Source: Anolis carolinensis
Taxonomy: Eukaryota
NCBI RefSeq assembly: GCF_035594765.1
Contig: NC_085845.1
Location: forward strand, 152,350,897-152,414,896
DNA length: 64,000 bases
Direction: 5' to 3'
Part shown: positions 58,620-64,000 of the stretch, one piece after another
How positions within the stretch are numbered: position 1 is the first letter of the stretch
How the letters are laid out: every line of letters starts with the position of its first letter
Program-made: the position numbers and the translations under genes
The notes under the pieces: model-generated
Told to the model about the DNA's origin: nothing
The model's database searches: none
The model's input: only the letters and a program-made list of their open reading frames with translations

Positions 58620-60387
58620 GGTAGAAAAAGGAAGAAAAAGGAGGCGATAGGGCCACTGCAAGGAGTAGATGGGGTGATGGTGACAGGGGATAGGGAAAAG
58701 GCAGAACTGCTTAATGCCTTCTTTGCCTCGGTCTTCTCACAAAAAGAAAGCCATCTTCAACCTCAGCAACATGGAATGGACGAAGGATTGGGGGAAATCC
58801 AACCCCAAATAGGGAAACAAGTTGTCCAGGAACACCTGGCCACTCTAAACGAATTCAAGTCCCCAGGGCCAGATCAGCTACATCCAAGAGTATTGAAGGA
58901 ACTAGCGGAAGTTATTTCAGAACCACTGGCAATCATCTTCGAGAGTTCTTGGAGAACAGGAGAAGTCCCAGCAGATTGGAGGAGGGCGAATGTGGTCCCT
59001 ATCTTCAAGAAGGGAAAAAAGAACGACCCAAACAATTACCGTCCGGTCAGCCTCACATCAATACCAGGCAAGATTCTGGAAAAGATCATTAAGGAAGTGG
59101 TCTGCAAACACTTAGAAACAAATGCGGTCATTGCTAATAGTCAACACGGATTTACCAAAAACAAGTCATGCCAGACTAATCTGATCTCTTTTTTCGATAG
59201 AGTTACGAGTTGGGTCGATACAGGGAATGCCGTGGATGTAGCATATCTAGATTTCAGTAAGGCCTTCGACAAAGTCCCCCACGACCTTCTGGCAAACAAA
59301 CTAGTAAAATGTGGGCTAGACAAAACTACGGTTAGGTGGATCTGTAATTGGCTAAGCGAACGAACCCAAAGGGTGCTCACCAATGCGTCGTCTTCATCAT
59401 GGAAAGAAGTGACAAGTGGAGTGCCGCAGGGCTCCGTCCTGGGCCCGGTTCTGTTCAACATCTTTATTAACGACTTAGACGAAGGGTTAGAAGGCACGAT
59501 CATCAAGTTTGCAGATGACACCAAACTCGGAGGGATAGCTAACACTCCAGAAGACAGGAGCAGAATTCAAAACGATCTTGACAGACTAGAGAGATGGGCT
59601 GAAACTAACAAAATGAAGTTCAACAGGGACAAATGCAAGATACTTCACTTCGGCAGAAAAAATGGAAATCAAAGATACAGAATGGGGGACTTGACAGCAG
59701 TGTGTGCGAAAAAGATCTTGGAGTCCTCGTGGACAACAAGTTAAACATGAGCCTACAATGTGATGCGGCAGCTAAAAAAGCCAATGGGATTTTGGCCTGC
59801 ATCAATAGGGGAATAACGTCTAGATCCAGGGAAGTCATGCTCCCCCTCTATTCTGCCTTGGTCAGACCACACCTGGAATACTGTGTCCAGTTTTGGGCAC
59901 CACAGATGAAGGGAGATGCTGACAAGCTGGAAAGCGTCCAGAGGAGGGCAACTAAAATGATTAAGGGTCTGGAGAACAAGCCCTATGAGGAGAGGCTTAA
60001 AGAGCTGGGCATGTTTAGCCTGCAGAAGAGAAGGCTGAGAGGAGACATGATAGCCATGTACAAATATGTGAGGGGAAGTCATAGGGAGGAGGGAGCAAGC
60101 TTATTTTCTGCTGCCCTGCAGACTAGGACACGGAACAATGGCTTCAAACTACAGGAAAGGAGATTCCACCTGAACATCAGGAAGAACTTCCTCACTGTGA
60201 GGGCTGTTCGGCAGTGGAACTCTCTCCCCCGGGCCGTGGTGGAGGCTCCTTCTTTGGAGGCTTTTAAGCAGAGGCTGGATGGCCATCTGTCGGGGGTGCT
60301 TTGAATGCGATTTCCTGCTTCTTAGCGGGGGGTTGGACTAGATGGCCCTTGAGGTCTCTTCCAACTCTACTATTCTATGATTCTATG
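58620..60387 (+). mobile_element. 5'-truncated young CR1 LINE (RT region, one frameshift near 59690)
   Basis: [37 protein letters not shown]...WNSLP motifs; ATTCTATG octamer tail. Confidence 0.96.
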
Positions 60388-61050
60388 AAATGAATAAATA
60401 AACTCTTGTTCATAATTCTAATAGTTCTTGGATCTTTATTACAGATGAGTAGACTCTCAACATCCACCACAACCAGTTTTGGCCCACAAGAGCCTTCAAC
60501 TGCCCAGGGCTCAATGCTGTGGAATCCTGGGATTTGTAGTTTGGAGAGGTACTACAACACTCTTTGGAAGAGAAGGCCTTGAAAAACTACAACCCCCGGG
60601 ATTCCATAATATTGAGCCAGGACAGTTAAAGGAGTGAACTGCAGTAAGTGTAGATGCACCTCAAGATATTTCGTTACGTATATGAAGATATTCCAATATT
60701 CAAAACACTTCTAATCCCAAGCATTTTCAAGAAGGGAGACTCAACCCGTAATACAGAAATGTATGCATTGCAGGTTTAAATCTCCCAGTTTCCTGTTACC
60801 ACTCTATGCTGAGAAAGTTTGGGAGCTATAGAAAGACTTAACCAGGAATCCTTGTGTTGAGTGTACTGTGCTCCATCTGTTCTTTGTATTTCCCCTTTCT
60901 GACTGAGGAAGCATTACAGGGGAACATAAGAGAAAAGCTATTTTATTTTATATTAGCTGAGGCAAAATTTCAAGGTACAGAGGTTAGAGAAACAAGATCC
61001 ATGTTATCTGCTAAATAGAGGCTTGTATTTAGACCCATTCTTGAGACCAT

Positions 61051-61240
61051 GGATGCATCTGCACTGTGCAGTTAATGCAGTTTGATACCACTTTAAATAC
61101 CATGGCTCAGTGCTATAGAATTAGTTACAAGGTCTCTAGCTTTCTTTGTCAAAAGCTGCTGGTGCCTCGCCAAATTTAAAATCCCAAGACTCCAGAATAT
61201 TGAGCCATGGTGTCGAATTGCATTAATTCACAGTGTATGT
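61051..61240. mobile_element. Palindromic MITE (GGTGCATCTACACTG family); related copies ~37715-37910 and ~60500-60660
   Basis: Shared internal gctcaatgctatggaat / attgagccatgg arms among the three copies. Confidence 0.6.
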
Positions 61241-61783
61241 GAAGTCAAGTGTAATTCCATTTATAATGCAACTTTTCCTCTGCACAGTTCTTTCTGAAAG
61301 ACTCAGGATACCATGTATAACTATGATAGCAAATGAGTGGCAAAATAGAATTACTTTATGTATGAAAAACTAAAAATATGTTGAAATAATATCTTTCCAG
61401 TCTAACAAATTTAATTGAAATGTTAAATTGGAACTATGAGGTTAGATGCCACTAATACCATATATTGAATAATAATGCTGTAAAATGCAGCAAGTGTAAT
61501 GACTGCAAGGGCAATATTACTCAAGGAGCAGTTTCGGCTTGGAAAACTAGAATTGGGAAGGGTCCCCTCCAGCATCTTAGATTTTTTTTTGGAAAGAATA
61601 GGAAACCCTGTAGAGCAGATGCTTGGACAGCATGGGGAAACTGCAGAGAAAAGAGGTGGGGGAAAAAATCCTTAAGTGTCAGCAGGTGTTTGGGAATGTG
61701 GTTATGGATTGGAAGCATAGATACTATTCGACAACATATCTCAAAAATAATTGCTTGCTATGTGTTGAATGTTGCAATTATAG

Positions 61784-61858
61784 GCATCCCTGTCGCTTGC
61801 TCCTGTGAACATATTCAAGGCTGGTGCTGATGAGGAGAGAGCAGAAACAGCCCGTTTG
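61784..61858 (+). CDS. CCT2: CCT2 exon 2
   Basis: [25 protein letters not shown]; TAG acceptor, GTAAGT donor. Confidence 0.97.
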
Positions 61859-61987
61859 GTAAGTTTACTATTACCTTTGAAATCTGGAATTGTAGTTGGG
61901 CTTTAATGTCTTTGATTAACTATGAATGAATTGTCTGAATCTATTGTGATGGAGTCATGTAAATACTTTTTTCTTATGTTATTGCAG

Positions 61988-62053
61988 TCCTCTTTCATTG
62001 GAGCCATCGCTATTGGAGACCTAGTCAAAAGCACTTTGGGGCCTAAAGGAATG
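61988..62053 (+). CDS. CCT2: CCT2 exon 3
   Basis: [22 protein letters not shown] (chaperonin TLGPKG motif). Confidence 0.97.
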
Positions 62054-62137
62054 GTAAGATATTACTACATTTGGAAATATATAGCTTTTGTCAGTGTTAC
62101 TGTTAGGTGTTTAACATGGCTAAATGTGGATTTGCAG

Positions 62138-62249
62138 GACAAGATACTTCTGAGTACTGGAAGAGAAGGTACAGTGACGGTAACCAATGATGGAGCAACA
62201 ATCTTGAAAGCTATTGGAATTGACAATCCTGCAGCCAAGATTTTAGTTG
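62138..62249 (+). CDS. CCT2: CCT2 exon 4
   Basis: [37 protein letters not shown] (TNDGATIL motif). Confidence 0.97.
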
Positions 62250-62333
62250 GTATGTTTGATTGAACATATTGTTAGGATATGTTGTGACAGCAAGTTATGT
62301 AAATAAGTGTAGAATACACATGTTCTCCTAGAG

Positions 62334-62468
62334 CAGTCGTTCTCAACCTGGAGTCCCCAGATGTTTTTGGCCTACAACTCCTAGAAATCCCAGCTAGTTT
62401 ACCAGCTGTTAGGATTTCTGGTAGTTGAAGGCCAAAAACATCTGGGGACCCCAGGTTGAGAACCACTG
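62334..62468. mobile_element. Palindromic hAT MITE
   Basis: Same family as 8311-8445; TSD TCCTAGAG / TCCTAGAA. Confidence 0.9.
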
Positions 62469-62751
62469 TCCTAGAAGACTCCTCAGTCTGATATTGCCAA
62501 CTGTACTATTAATCTGCAATAAAGCAATCAAAATTATAATGCCAAGAAAGTCTGATATGCAGGTCAACTTCGGTAGAATTCTGCTTTCACTTTTCATGCA
62601 GTGAAGGGTAGGTTATGTGTGATCTTCTTTATATCATCAACTATTTTATAAGAAACTAGTTTCTTATTTTTGCATATGCATCTATATTTAGCAAACTAGG
62701 AATACTGTATAAAATGTCAATAATAAAGTTGATATGGCATTTTTTTTACAG

Positions 62752-62828
62752 ATATGTCTAAAGTTCAAGATGATGAAGTTGGTGATGGAACAACCTCAGT
62801 AACAGTTTTGGCAGCTGAATTGCTAAGG
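62752..62828 (+). CDS. CCT2: CCT2 exon 5
   Basis: [26 protein letters not shown] (GDGTT ATP-binding motif). Confidence 0.97.
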
Positions 62829-63563
62829 GTAATAAAATGTTTTTATGTATTATGTCATATAATTAAATGTTTATCTTATATATTTATATATGGTCCTGCT
62901 AGGTTGCTATAGATCAAAATAATCATAAAGCTTTTATAATTAATGTCCGGAATCCTGTATATCCTTGCTCTTCCAGCCTATTCTACCTGGCAGCCAGATC
63001 AGACACAAGATGTCTGTTTAGCTGGCGATACACTGTTTGCATTATATGGCAGTGTAGATGGATCCATAGAGTCATTGAATAGGGAATTGATTGTTCTCCT
63101 GTAACTTCAATACTGAAATCTTGCCAGCCATTTCAAAAATTGGATGCTAAATTCTTGAACTATTCTAATTTTAATTTTGAGAATAAATTCATTTAATTGA
63201 AAACAAATCCTTTCTTTAGTTTGTGATTTGCCACTGTATAACATGAAGTGTGAAATTCCTGTAGAAATAGTGACACTGAATTTGAAAAGTGTTGCATGCT
63301 ACACTGAAAAATATAAATTAATACTAAGCATAGCCAATGTAAGTACCTTTATCTTGATCAAAATAATATCATTGCCTTTTGTTAGTCAATATTCCATTCA
63401 ATATTTGAGGGCTAAGGAAGGAAGGAATCCTAAGGAAGGATTTCTAAAGCATTGAAACAGTTAGAATGTACCTTAACAAAACTGAACAATTAGAAGCATT
63501 TGCTTGTTGATAATAGTATTTCATGCTTGAATTTAGACTAATGTAAGCTATTCTCATTTATAG

Positions 63564-63676
63564 GAGGCAGAACTATTGATTGCAAGAAAGATCCATCCTC
63601 AAACCATCATTGCAGGGTGGAGAGATGCCACAAAAGCAGCAAGAGATGCTTTGGTGAAATCTGCTGTGGATCATAG
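63564..63676 (+). CDS. CCT2: CCT2 exon 6 (gene continues beyond the window)
   Basis: [37 protein letters not shown]; TAG acceptor, GTTAGT donor. Confidence 0.96.
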
Positions 63677-64000
63677 GTTAGTTTGTGCAGCAGGTTTGGA
63701 GCTTTTGTTATCCTCAAATTCAGCAGAAGGATGGATATTTGCAGCTATAGAAGGAAAGAGCTATTAGCATTTACTAGCAGAATGCTAATTTTACTTGTGA
63801 AACAATGATTTTGCATTGATTGAATCTGGTGTCAGTCATTGCACAGCTGGAAACTCTGGCAAAAGATTTCAAAATTATGATTATTATTAATGATACCCTT
63901 TTTATCTAAAAAAAAGAGACTCAAAGCAGCGCACAATAAAATCAATGCAATACAATTAAAATCTAAAATTACACAAACATTACAATGGAATTAAACATAA

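Overview
Eukaryotic (vertebrate) DNA. The repeat set (Sauria-type SINEs, BovB/RTE, CR1, L2, Penelope, many hAT and Tc1/mariner MITEs) points to a squamate reptile, most likely an Anolis-type lizard (inference). The + strand carries the whole FRS2 gene: a CpG-island promoter at the window start, a ~31 kb first intron, five coding exons (33237-42766, 520 aa) and a probable very long 3' UTR. It is followed by the CpG-island promoter and first six exons of CCT2, the conserved FRS2-CCT2 order. FRS2 intron 1 holds an intact, very young, antisense Ty3/Gypsy chromovirus (Tf1/sushi group, 10853-17276, apparently identical 972-bp LTRs, TGGTG target-site duplication). The most unusual signals are: (i) Pol runs 97 codons into the LTR and ends in an HMGN-like RRSARIAAK motif after the chromodomain; (ii) a PEG10-like -1 frameshift cassette with a non-canonical G_GGG_GAA slip site; (iii) a tRNA-independent self-priming structure; (iv) a same-frame uORF cluster in the FRS2 leader, two of which end in MVF*; (v) a 7-aa periodic repeat in FRS2. 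Repeat family names are from recognition, not database searches, and repeat boundaries without TIRs/TSDs are approximate.
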